From the human T2T-CHM13v2.0 reference genome, Homo sapiens: a stretch of DNA of 64,000 nt. The notes beneath the pieces are model-generated. The model had not been told where the DNA came from. It saw only the letters and a list, made by a program, of their open reading frames with translations, and did no database searches. How positions within the stretch are numbered: position 1 is the first letter of the stretch; every line of letters starts with the position of its first letter. Where the stretch lies: the NCBI RefSeq assembly GCF_009914755.1, contig NC_060948.1; one strand, written 5' to 3'. A program made the translations under genes and the position numbers. Positions 42,839-56,500 of this stretch are shown piece after piece.

Positions 42839-45800
42839 AATGGAATGCTATGGAATGGAATGGAATGCATTGGAATGGAATGTCCTCTAATGGAATGGAT
42901 TCGAGTGGAATGGAATTGAATATAATGGAGTCGAATGAAATGGAATTGAAAGGAATGGGATCGAATACAATGGAATACACTGGAATGTAACGTAATGAAC
43001 TCGAATGTAATTGACTGGAATGGAATCTACATGAATGGAATGTAATCGAATGGAAAGTAATCCAATGGAATAGAATCTAATGCAATAAAATCGACTCAGA
43101 TAGAGTAGAATGTAATGGAATGGAGTGCAGTGCAATGGAATGGAATGGAATGGAATGCAATGGAATGGAATGGAATGGAATGGAATGGAATGGAATGGAA
43201 TGGAATGGAATGGGATGGAATGGTATGGAATGGATAGTAATGGACTGGAGTGAAATGGACTGGAAAGGAATGGACTCAAATTGAAAGGGCTCGAAAGGAA
43301 TGGAGTCAAATGGAATGGTCTGGAATGGAATGAACACGAATGTAATGCAACCCAATAGAATGGAATCGAATGGCATGGAATATAAAGAAATGGAATCGAA
43401 GAGAATGGAAACAAATGGAATGGAATTGAATGGAATGGGAACGAATGGAGTGAAATTGTATGCAGTAGAAGAGAATAGAATGGAATGCAAGCGAAAGGAA
43501 AGGAATGGATTGGAATGGAATGGAATTCATTGGAATGGAAGGGAATGTAGTGTAATGGACAGGCCTGGAATAAAGTGGAATGCTACGGTCTCGAATGGAA
43601 TAAAAATGTATGGAATGGAATGCAATGAAACGGAATCGAATGTCATAGAATGTAATGGAATGCAAAAAAATGGAATCCAAAATCATTGACTGGAAAGGCT
43701 GGGTGTCGAAAGGAATTGACTCCAATGGAATGGAATCGAATGGAATGGAAGTGAATAGAATCGAACTAAATCGAATGGAATGGAATTGATAGGAACGGAA
43801 TGGAAAGGAATGCAATGATTTGGCATGGAATGGAATCGAATGGCATCGAATGGAATGGAATGGAATGCAATGGAATGGAATGTATTAGAATGTAATGAAC
43901 TTTAATGGAATGTACTCGAATGGATTCGACTGGAATGGAATGTTCTGGAAGTGAATGGACTCCAATGGAATGGATTCAAAAGGAATGGAATCGTACGGAA
44001 TGGAATCTAATGGAATGGAATTAAATGGAAATGAATCAAATTGAATAGCACGGAATTGAATTGAATGGAATGGAATGCAATGGAATCTAATGAAACGGAA
44101 AGGAAAGGAATGGAATGGAATGGAATGGGCTGGAATGGAAAGGAATCGAAACGAATGGAATGGAATCGAAGTGAAGAGACTGGAATGGAATGCACTGGAA
44201 TGGAAGGGAGTGTAATGGAAGGTTCTCGAAAAAAATGGAATCGAATGGAATGGAATTGAATGGAACGGAATAGAGTCGAATGGAATTGAATGGAATGGAA
44301 TGGACTAGAGTGAAATGGAATCGAACCACAAGGAATGGACAGGAATAGAATGGTCTCGAATTGAATGGAATCGTATGGAATGGCATCAAACGGAATGGAA
44401 TGGACAGCCACGGAATGGAATGCACTCGAATGCAATGGAGTCGAAACTAATGGACTGGAATAGAATGGACTCGACTGGTACGGACTCCAATGGAATGGAA
44501 TCGAATGGAAGGGAATCGAACGGAATGGAATCGAACGGAATGGACTCGAAGGGAAAAGACTGCAATGGAAAGGTCTCGAATGGAATGGAAATTAATGGAA
44601 TGGAATGGAATCGAATGAAATGGAGTCAAAAGGAATGGAATCGAATGGCAAGAAATCGAATGTAATGGAATCGCCAGGAATTGATGTGAACGGAACGGAA
44701 TGGAATGGAATCCAAAGGAATGGAATAGAATGGAATGGAATCGAATGGAAAGGACTCGAATGGAAATCACTCGAATAGAATGCAATTTAATAAAATAGGA
44801 TCAAATGTAATGGAATGGAATGGAAAGGAATCGAAACGAAAGGAATGGAGACAGATGGAATGGAATGGAACAGAGAGCAATGGTATAGAATGGAATGGAA
44901 TCATCTGGAATGGAATTGAATGGAATGGAATAATATGAAATGGAATGGAATGGAATGGAATGGAATGCCCTTGAATTAAATGGACTGGAATGGAATGGAC
45001 TCAAACAGAGTGGAATGGAAAGTGTGGAGATAGAATGGAATGAACTCCTTTGGAATGGTGTAGTATGCAATGCAATCGACTGGCAGGGAATCAAAAGGAA
45101 TGTAATCGAATGGATTGGACTGGAATGCAATGGACTCGAATAGATTGGAAAAGGAATGCAAAGGAATGGAATGGAATAGTATGGAATGCAATGGAAGGGA
45201 ATGGAGTGGAATAGACTAGAGTGGAATGGAATGGACTGGAAAGCAATGGACTGGAATGGAACTTTCTTGGATGGACTGGAATCAAACGGAATGGAATGCA
45301 ATGCAATCAAATGGCATGGAATAAAATAGAATGAAAGAGAATCAAATGGAATTGAATCGAATGGAATCGAATGGATTGGAAAGGAATAGAATGGAATGGA
45401 ATGGAATTGACTCAAATGGAATGGACTAGAATGGAATGGATTCGAACGGAAGGCAAAGGAATGGAATCTATTGGAATGGACTGTAATGGAATGGAATGGA
45501 AGGGATTGGAATGGACTCGAATGGAATGGACTGCAATAGAAAGGATTCGAATGGAATGAAAAAGAATTGAATGGAATAGAACAGAATGGAATCAAATCGA
45601 ATGAAATGGAATGGAATAGAAAGGAATGGAATGAAATGGAATGGAAAGGATTCGAATGGAATGCAATCGAATGGAATGGAATCGAACGGAATGGAATAAA
45701 ATGGAAGAAAACTGGCAAGAAATGGAATCGAAATGAATGGAGTGTTATGGAACGGACTCAAAAGGAATTGAATGTAATAGAATGGAGTGGAGTGGACTCG

Positions 45801-46412
45801 AATATAATGGACTGGAATGGAATGAAATCACATGGAATGGGAACGAATGGAATGGAATGGAAAGGAATGGAATCGAATGGAAAGGAATCGAATGGAAGGG
45901 AATGAAATTGAATCAACACGAATGGAAGGGAATAGAATAGACTGTAATGGAATGGACTCGAATAGAATGGACACGAATGCTCAAATTAAATGGACTCGAA
46001 TGGAATGGAAACGAAAGGAATGTCATCGAATGGAATTGAATCGATTGGAATGAAATCGCATAGAATGGAGTGGAATCAAATGGAATTGAATCGAAAGGAA
46101 AGGAAGCGAATGGACTGAAATGAAATGGAATGGAATTGAATGGAAAGTAATGCAATGGAATAGAATGGAACGAAATTTCACGGAATGGAATCAAACTGAA
46201 TGGAATCAAATCAATGGAATCAAATCAAATGGAATGGAAAGGAATTGAATGGAGTAGATGGGATTGGATGGGATTGGAATGAAATGTACTGGAAAGGACT
46301 CGAATTTCATGAAACGGAATGGAATGAATTGGAACGGAATGGACTCGAATGGAATGGAATGTCATGGGATGGCATCAAATGGAATGACATCAAATGGAAT
46401 GGAATCGAATGC
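42839..46412 (+). repeat. DYZ1 unit 13 (3574 bp), type Z with 15-bp deletion
   Basis: +30 bp tract and -15 bp near 43420; Z alleles at 42978, 44526, 45447. Confidence 0.9.
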
Positions 46413-49400
46413 AATGGAATGCTATGGAATGGAATGGAATGCATTGGAATGGAATGTCCGCTAATGGAATGGAATCGAGTGGAATGGAATTGAATATAAT
46501 GGAGTCGAATGAAATGGAATTGAAAGGAATGGGATCGAATACAATGGAATATACTGGAATGTAACGTAATGAACTCGAATGTAATTGACTGGAATGGAAT
46601 GTACATGAATGGAATGTAATCGAATGGAAAGTAATCCAATGGAATAGAATCTAATGCAATAAAATCGACTCAGATAGAGTAGAATGTAATGGAATGGAGT
46701 GCAGTGCAATGGAATGGAATGGAATGCAATGGAATGGAATGGAATGGAATGGAATGGAATGGAATGGAATGGAATGGGATGGAATGGTATGGAATGGATA
46801 GTAATGGACTGGAGTGAAATGGACTGGAAAGGAATGGACTCAAATTGAAAGGGCTCGAAAGGAATGGAGTCAAATGGAATGGTCTGGAATGGAATGAACA
46901 CGAATGTAATGCAACCCAATAGAATGGAATCGAATGGCATGGAATATAAAGAAATGGAATCGAAGAGAATGGAAACAAATGGAATGGAATTGAATGGAAT
47001 GGAATTGAATGGAATGGGAACGAATGGAGTGAAATTGTATGCAGTAGAAGAGAATAGAATGGAATGCAAGCGAAAGGAAAGGAATGGATTGGAATGGAAT
47101 GGAATTCATTGGAATGGAAGGGAATGTAGTGTAATGGACAGGCCTGGAATAAAGTGGAATGCTACGGTCTCGAATGGAATAAAAATGTATGGAATGGAAT
47201 GCAATGAAACGGAATCAAATGTCATAGAATGTAATGGAATGCAAAAAAATGGAATCCAAAATCATTCACTGGAAAGGCTGGGTGTCGAAAGGAATTGACT
47301 CCAATGGAATGGAATCGAATGGAATGGAAGTGAATAGAATCGAACTAAATCGAATGGAATGGAATTGATAGGAACGGAATGGAAAGGAATGCAATGATTT
47401 GGCATGGAATGGAATCGAATGGCATCGAATGGAATGGAATGGAATGCAATGGAATGGAATGTATTAGAATGTAATGAACTTTAATGGAATGTACTCGAAT
47501 GGATTCGACTGGAATGGAATGTTCTGGAAGTGAATGGACTCCAATGGAATGGATTCAAAAGGAATGGAATCGTACGGAATGGAATCTAATGGAATGGAAT
47601 TAAATGGAAATGAATCAAATTGAATAGCACGGAATTGAATTGAATGGAATGGAATGCAATGGAATCTAATGAAACGGAAAGGAAAGGAATGGAATGGAAT
47701 GGAATGGGCTGGAATGGAAAGGAATCGAAACGAATGGAATGGAATCGAAGTGAAGAGACTGGAATGGAATGCACTGGAATGGAAGGGAGTGTAATGCAAG
47801 GTTCTCGAAAAAAATGGAATCGAATGGAATGGAATTGAATGGAACGTAATAGAGTCGAATGGAATTGAATGGAATGGAATGGACTAGAGTGAAATGGAAT
47901 CGAACCACAAGGAATGGACAGGAATAGAATGGTCTCGAATTGAATGGAATCGTATGGAATGGCATCAAACGGAATGGAATGGACAGCCACGGAATGGAAT
48001 GCACTCGAATGCAATGGAGTCGAAACTAATGGACTGGAATAGAATGGACTCGACTGGTACGGACTCCAATGGAATGGAATCGAATGGAAGGGAATCGAAC
48101 GGAAGGGAATCGAACGGAATGGACTCGAAGGGAAAAGACTGCAATGGAAAGGTCTCGAATGGAATGGAAATTAATGGAATGGAATGGAATCGAATGAAAT
48201 GGAGTCAAAAGGAATGGAATCGAATGGCAAGAAATCGAATGTAATGGAATCGCCAGGAATTGATGTGAAGGGAACGGAATGGAATGGGATCCAAAGGAAT
48301 GGAATAGAATGGAATGGAATCGAATGGAAAGGACTCGAATGGAAATCACTCGAATAGAATGCAATTTGATAAAATAGGATCAAATGGAATGGAATGGAAT
48401 GGAAAGGAATCGAAACGAAAGGAATGGAGACAGATGGAATGGAATGGAACAGAGAGCAATGGTATAGAATGGAATGGAATCATCTGGAATGGAATTGAAT
48501 GGAATGGAATAATATGAAATGGAATGGAATGGAATGGAATGGAATGCCCTTGAATTAAATGGACTGGAATGGAATGGACTCAAACAGAGTGGAATGGAAA
48601 GTGTGGAGATAGAATGGAATGAACTCCTTTGGAATGGTGTAGTATGCAATGCAATCGACTGGCAGGGAATCAAAAGGAATGTAATCGAATGGATTGGACT
48701 GGAATGCAATGGACTCGAATAGATTGGAAACGGAATGCAAAGGAATGGAATGGAATAGTATGGAATGCAATGGAAGGGAATGGAGTGGAATAGACTAGAG
48801 TGGAATGGAATGGACTGGAAAGCAATGGACTGGAATGGAACTTTCTTGGATGGATTGGAATCAAACGGAATGGAATGCAATGCAATCAAATGGCATGGAA
48901 TAAAATAGAATGAAAGAGAATCAAATGGAATTGAATCGAATGGAATCGAATGGATTGGAAAGGAATAGAATGGAATGGAATGGAATTGACTCAAATGGAA
49001 TGGACTAGAATGGAATGGATTCGAATGGAAGGCAAAGGAATGGAATCTATTGGAATGGACTGTAATGGAATGGAATGGAAGGGATTGGAATGGACTCGAA
49101 TGGAATGGACTGCAATAGAAAGGATTCGAATGGAATGAAAAAGAATTGAATGGAATAGAACAGAATGGAATCAAATCGAATGAAATGGAATGGAATAGAA
49201 AGGAATGGAATGAAATGGAATGGAAAGGATTCGAATGGAATGCAATCGAATGGAATGGAATCGAACGGAATGGAATAAAATGGAAGAAAACTGGCAAGAA
49301 ATGGAATCGAAATGAATGGAGTGTTATGGAACGGACTCAAAAGGAATTGAATGTAATAGAATTGAGTGGAGTGGACTCGAATATAATGGACTGGAATGGA

Positions 49401-49991
49401 ATGAAATCACATGGAATGGGAACGAATGGAATGGAATGGAAAGGAATGGAATCGAATGGAAAGGAATCGAATGGAAGGGAATGAAATTGAATCAACAGGA
49501 ATGGAAGGGAATAGAATAGACGGTAATGGAATGGACTCGAATAGAATGGACACGAATGCTCAAATTAAATGGACTCGAATGGAATGGAAACGAAAGGAAT
49601 GTCATCGAATGGAATTGAATCGATTGGAATGAAATCGCATAGAATGGAGTGGAATCAAATGGAATTGAATCGAAAGGAAAGGAAGCGAATGGACTGAAAT
49701 GAAATGGAATGGAATTGAATGGAAAGTAATGCAATGGAATAGAATGGAACGAAATTTCACGGAATGGAATCAAACTGAATGGAATCAAATCAATGGAATC
49801 AAATCAAATGGAATGGAAAGGAATTGAATGGAGTAGATGGGATTGGATGGGATTGGAATGAAATGTACTGGAAAGGACTCGAATTTCATGAAACGGAATG
49901 GAATGAATTGGAACGGAATGGACTCGAATGGAATGGAATGTCATGGGATGGCATCTAATGGAATGACATCAAATGGAATGGAATCGAATGC
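46413..49991 (+). repeat. DYZ1 unit 14 (3579 bp), most divergent unit
   Basis: About 14 substitutions not seen in other units of the window. Confidence 0.88.
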
Positions 49992-52900
49992 AATGGAATG
50001 CTATGGAATGGAATGGAATGCATTGGAATGGAATGTCCGCTAATGGAATGGATTCGAGTGGAATGGAATTGAATATAATGGAGTCGAATGAAATGGAATT
50101 GAAAGGAATGGGATCGAATACAATGGAATATACTGGAATGTAACGTAATGAACTCGAATGTAATTGACTGGAATGGAATGTACATGAATGGAATGTAATC
50201 GAATGGAAAGTAATCCAATGGAATAGAATCTAATGCAATAAAATCGACTCAGATAGAGTAGAATGTAATGGAATGGAGTGCAGTGCAATGGAATGGAATG
50301 GAATGGAATGCAATGGAATGGAATGGAATGGAATGGAATGGAATGGAATGGAATGGGATGGAATGGTATGGAATGGATAGTAATAGACTGGAGTGAAATG
50401 GAGTGGAAAGGAATGGACTCAAATTGAAAGGGCTCGAAAGGAATGGAGTCAAATGGAATGGTCTGGAATGGAATGAACACGAATGTAATGCAACCCAATA
50501 GAATGGAATCGAATGGCATGGAATATAAAGAAATGGAATCGAAGAGAATGGAAACAAATGGAATGGAATTGAATGGAATGGAATTGAATGGAATGGGAAC
50601 GAATGGAGTGAAATTGTATGCAGTAGAAGAGAATAGAATGGAATGCAAGCGAAAGGAAAGGAATGGATTGGAATGGAATGGAATTCATTGGAATGGAAGG
50701 GAATGTAGTGTAATGGACAGGCCTGGAATAAAGTGGAATGCTACGGTCTCGAATGGAATAAAAATGTATGGAATGGAATGCAATGAAACGGAATCGAATG
50801 TCATAGAATGTAATGGAATGCAAAAAAATGGAATCCAAAATCATTGACTGGAAAGGCTGGGTGTCGAAAGGAATTGACTCCAATGGAATGGAATCGAATG
50901 GAATGGAAGTGAATAGAATCGAACTAAATCGAATGGAATGGAATTGATAGGAACGGAATGGAAAGGAATGCAATGATTTGGCATGGAATGGAATCGAATG
51001 GCATCGAATGGAATGGAATGGAATGCAATGGAATGGAATGTATTAGAATGTAATGAACTTTAATGGAATGTACTCGAATGGATTCGACTGGAATGGAATG
51101 TTCTGGAAGTGAATGGACTCCAATGGAATGGATTCAAAAGGAATGGAATCGTACGGAATGGAATCTAATGGAATGGAATTAAATGGAAATGAATCAAATT
51201 GAATAGCACGGAATTGAATTGAATGGAATGGAATGCAATGGAATCTAATGAAACGGAAAGGAAAGGAATGGAATGGAATGGAATGGGCTGGAATGGAAAG
51301 GAATCGAAACGAATGGAATGGAATCGAACTGAAGAGACTGGAATGGAATGCACTGGAATGGAAGGGAGTGTAATGGAAGGTTGTCGAAAAAAATGGAATC
51401 GAATGGAATGGAATTGAATGGAACGGAATAGAGTCGAATGGAATTGAATGGAATGGAATGGACTAGAGTGAAATGGAATCGAACCACAAGGAATGGACAG
51501 GAATAGAATGGTCTCGAATTGAATGGAATCGTATGGAATGGCATCAAACGGAATGGAATGGACAGCCACGGAATGGAATGCACTCGAATGCAATGGAGTC
51601 GAAACTAATGGACTGGAATAGAATGGACTCGACTGGTACGGACTCCAATGGAATGGAATCGAATGGAAGGGAATCGAACGGAAGGGAATCGAACGGAATG
51701 GACTCGAAGGGAAAAGACTGCAATGGAAAGGTCTCGAATGGAATGGAAATTAATGGAATGGAATGGAATCGAATGAAATGGAGTCAAAAGGAATGGAATC
51801 GAATGGCAAGAAATCTAATGTAATGGAATCGCCAGGAATTGATGTGAACGGAACGGAATGGAATGGAATCCAAAGGAATGGAATAGAATGGAATGGAATC
51901 GAATGGAAAGGACTCGAATGGAAATCACTCGAATAGAATGCAATTTAATAAAATAGGATCAAATGTAATGGAATGGAATGGAAAGGAATCGAAACGAAAG
52001 GAATGGAGACAGATGGAATGGAATGGAACAGAGAGCAATGGTATAGAATGGAATGGAATCATCTGGAATGGAATTGAATGGAATGGAATAATATGAAATG
52101 GAATGGAATGGAATGGAGTGGAATGCCCTTGAATTAAATGGACTGGAATGGAATGGACTCAAACAGAGTGGAATGGAAAGTGTGGAGATAGAATGGAATG
52201 AACTCCTTTGGAATGGTGTAGTATGCAATGCAATCGACTGGCAGGGAATCAAAAGGAATGTAATCGAATGGATTGGACTGGAATGCAATGGACTCGAATA
52301 GATTGGAAACGGAATGCAAAGGAATGGAATGGAATAGTATGGAATGCAATGGAAGGGAATGGAGTGGAATAGACTAGAGTGGAATGGAATGGACTGGAAA
52401 GCAATGGACTGGAATGGAACTTTCTTGGATGGACTGGAATCAAACGGAATGGAATGCAATGCAATCAAATGGCATGGAATAAAATAGAATGAAAGAGAAT
52501 CAAATGGAATTGAATCGAATGGAATCGAATGGATTGGAAAGGAATAGAATGGAATGGAATGGAATTGACTCAAATGGAATGGACTAGAATGGAATGGATT
52601 CGAATGGAAGGCAAAGGAATGGAATCTATTGGAATGGACTGTAATGGAATGGAATGGAAGGGATTGGAATGGACTCGAATGGAATGGACTGCAATAGAAA
52701 GGATTCGAATGGAATGAAAAAGAATTGAATGGAATAGAACAGAATGGAATCAAATCGAATGGAATGGAATGGAATAGAAAGGAATGGAATGAAATGGAAT
52801 GGAAAGGATTCGAATGGAATGCAATCGAATGGAATGGAATCGAACGGAATGGAATAAAATGGAAGAAAACTGGCAAGAAATGGAATCGAAATGAATGGAG

Positions 52901-53570
52901 TGTTATGGAACGGACTCAAAAGGAATTGAATGTAATAGAATGGAGTGGAGTGGACTCGAATATAATGGACTGGAATGGAATGAAATCACATGGAATGGGA
53001 ACGAATGGAATGGAATGGAAAGGAATGGAATCGAATGGAAAGGAATCGAATGGAAGGGAATGAAATTGAATCAACACGAATGGAAGGGAATAGAATAGAC
53101 TGTAATGGAATGGACTCGAATAGAATGGACACGAATGCTCAAATTAAATGGACTCGAATGGAATGGAAACGAAAGGAATGTCATCGAATGGAATTGAATC
53201 GATTGGAATGAAATCGCATAGAATGGAGTGGAATCAAATGGAATTGAATCGAAAGGAAAGGAAGCGAATGGACTGAAATGAAATGGAATGGAATTGAATG
53301 GAAAGTAATGCAATGGAATAGAATGGAACGAAATTTCACGGAATGGAATCAAACTGAATGGAATCAAATCAATGGAATCAAATCAAATGGAATGGAAAGG
53401 AATTGAATGGAGTAGATGGGATTGGATGGGATTGGAATGAAATGTACTGGAAAGGACTCGAATTTCATGAAACGGAATGGAATGAATTGGAACGGAATGG
53501 ACTCGAATGGAATGGAATGTCATGGGATGGCATCAAATGGAATGGCATCAAATGGAATGGAATCGAATGC
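49992..53570 (+). repeat. DYZ1 unit 15 (3579 bp)
   Basis: +20 bp tract; carries some left-family alleles (AATAGACT, GTTGTCG, GGAGTGGAATGCCC). Confidence 0.88.
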
Positions 53571-56500
53571 AATGGAATGCTATGGAATGGAATGGAATGC
53601 ATTGGAATGGAATGTCCTCTAATGGAATGGATTCGAGTGGAATGGAATTGAATATAATGGAGTCGAATGAAATGGAATTGAAAGGAATGGGATCGAATAC
53701 AATGGAATATACTGGAATGTAACGTAATGAACTCGAATGTAATTGACTGGAATGGAATGTACATGAATGGAATGTAATCGAATGGAAAGTAATCCAATGG
53801 AATAGAATCTAATGCAATAAAATCGACTCAGATAGAGTAGAATGTAATGGAATGGAGTGCAGTGCAATGGAATGGAATGGAATGGAATGCAATGGAATGG
53901 AATGGAATGGAATGGAATGCAATGGAATGGAATGGAATGGAATGGAATGGAATGGAATGGAATGGAATGGGATGGAATGGTATGGAATGGATAGTAAAGG
54001 ACTGGATTGAAATGGACTGGAAAGGAATGGACTCAAATTGAAAGGGCTCGAAAGGAATGGAGTCAAATGGAATGGTCTGGAATGGAATGAACACGAATGT
54101 AATGCAACCCAATAGAATGGAATCGAATGGCATGGAATATAAAGAAATGGAATCGAAGAGAATGGAAACAAATGGAGTGGAATTGAATGGAATGGAATTG
54201 AATGGAATGGGAACGAATGGAGTGAAATTGTATGCAGTAGAAGAGAATAGAATGGAATGCAAGCGAAAGGAAAGGAATGGATTGGAATGGAATGGAATTC
54301 ATTGGAATGGAAGGGAATGTAGTGTAATGGACAGGCCTGGAATAAAGTGGAATGCTACGGTCTCGAATGGAATAAAAATGTATGGAATGGAATGCAATGA
54401 AACGGAATCGAATGTCATAGAATGTAATGGAATGCAAAAAAATGGAATCCAAAATCATTGACTGGAAAGGCTGGGTGTCGAAAGGAATTGACTCCAATGG
54501 AATGGAATCGAATGGAATGGAAGTGAATAGAATCGAACTAAATCGAATGGAATGGAATTGATAGGAACGGAATGGAAAGGAATGCAATGATTTGGCATGG
54601 AATGGAATCGAATGGCATCGAATGGAATGGAATGGAATGCAATGGAATGGAATGTATTAGAATGTAATGAACTTTAATGGAATGTACTCGAATGGATTCG
54701 ACTGGAATGGAATGTTCTGGAAGTGAATGGACTCCAATGGAATGGATTCAAAAGGAATGGAATCGTACGGAATGGAATCTAATGGAATGGAATTAAATGG
54801 AAATGAATCAAATTGAATAGCACGGAATTGAATTGAATGGAATGGAATGCAATGGAATCTAATGAAACGGAAAGGAAAGGAATGGAATGGAATGGAATGG
54901 GCTGGAATGGAAAGGAATCGAAACGAATGGAATGGAATCGAACTGAAGAGACTGGAATGGAATGCACTGGAATGGAAGGGAGTGTAATGGAAGGTTCTCG
55001 AAAAAAATGGAATCGAATGGAATGGAATTGAATGGAACGGAATAGAGTCGAATGGAATTGAATGGAATGGAATGGACTAGAGTGAAATGGAATCGAACCA
55101 CAAGGAATGGACAGGAATAGAATGGTCTCGAATTGAATGGAATCGTATGGAATGGCATCAAACGGAATGGAATGGACAGCCACGGAATGGAATGCACTCG
55201 AATGCAATGGAGTCGAAACAAATGGACTGGAATAGAATGGACTCGACTGGTACGGACTCCAATGGAATGGAATCGAATGGAAGGGAATCGAACGGAAGGG
55301 AATCGAACGGAATGGACTCGAAGGGAAAAGACTGCAATGGAAAGGTCTCGAATGGAATGGAAATTAATGGAATGGAATGGAATCGAATGAAATGGAGTCA
55401 AAAGGAATGGAATCGAATGGCAAGAAATCGAATGTAATGGAATCGCCAGGAATTGATGTGAACGGAACGGAATGGAATGGAATCCAAAGGAATGGAATAG
55501 AATGGAATGGAATCGAATGGAAAGGACTCGAATGGAAATCACTCGAAAAGAATGCAATTTAATAAAATAGGATCAAATGTAATGGAATGGAATGGAAAGG
55601 AATCGAAACGAAAGGAATGGAGACAGATGGAATGGAATGGAACAGAGAGCAATGGTATAGAATGGAATGGAATCATCTGGAATGGAATTGAATGGAATGG
55701 AATAATATGAAATGGAATGGAATGGAATGGAATGGAATGCCCTTGAATTAAATGGACTGGAATGGAATGGACTCAAACAGAGTGGAATGGAAAGTGTGGA
55801 GATAGAATGGAATGAACTCCTTTGGAATGGTGTAGTATGCAATGCAATCGACTGGCAGGGAATCAAAAGGAATGTAATCGAATGGATTGGACTGGAATGC
55901 AATGGACTCGAATAGATTGGAAACGGAATGCAAAGGAATGGAATGGAATAGTATGGAATGCAATGGAAGGGAATGGAGTGGAATAGACTAGAGTGGAATG
56001 GAATGGACTGGAAAGCAATGGACTGAAATGGAACTTTCTTGGATGGACTGGAATCAAACGGAATGGAATGCAATGCAATCAAATGGCATGGAATAAAATA
56101 GAATGAAAGAGAATCAAATGGAATTGAATCGAATGGAATCGAATGGATTGGAAATGAATAGAATGGAATGGAATGGAATTGACTCAAATGGAATGGACTA
56201 GAATGGAATGGATTCGAATGGAAGGCAAAGGAATGGAATCTATTGGAATGGACTGTAATGGAATGGAATGGAAGGGATTGGAATGGACTCGAATGGAATG
56301 GACTGCAATAGAAAGGATTCGAATGGAATGAAAAAGAATTGAATGGAATAGAACAGAATGGAATCAAATCGAATGAAATGGAATGGAATAGAAAGGAATG
56401 GAATGAAATGGAATGGAAAGGATTCGAATGGAATGCAATCGAATGGAATGGAATCGAACGGAATGGAATAAAATGGAAGAAAACTGGCAAGAAATGGAAT

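Noticed and set aside
7114-53570. Strict four-unit periodicity suggested by alleles in units 3, 7 and 11
   Set aside because: Unit 15 lacks those alleles and unit 4 lacks the Y alleles of units 8 and 12. A three-unit block with one extra Z, plus a conversion patch in unit 3, explains the data better.
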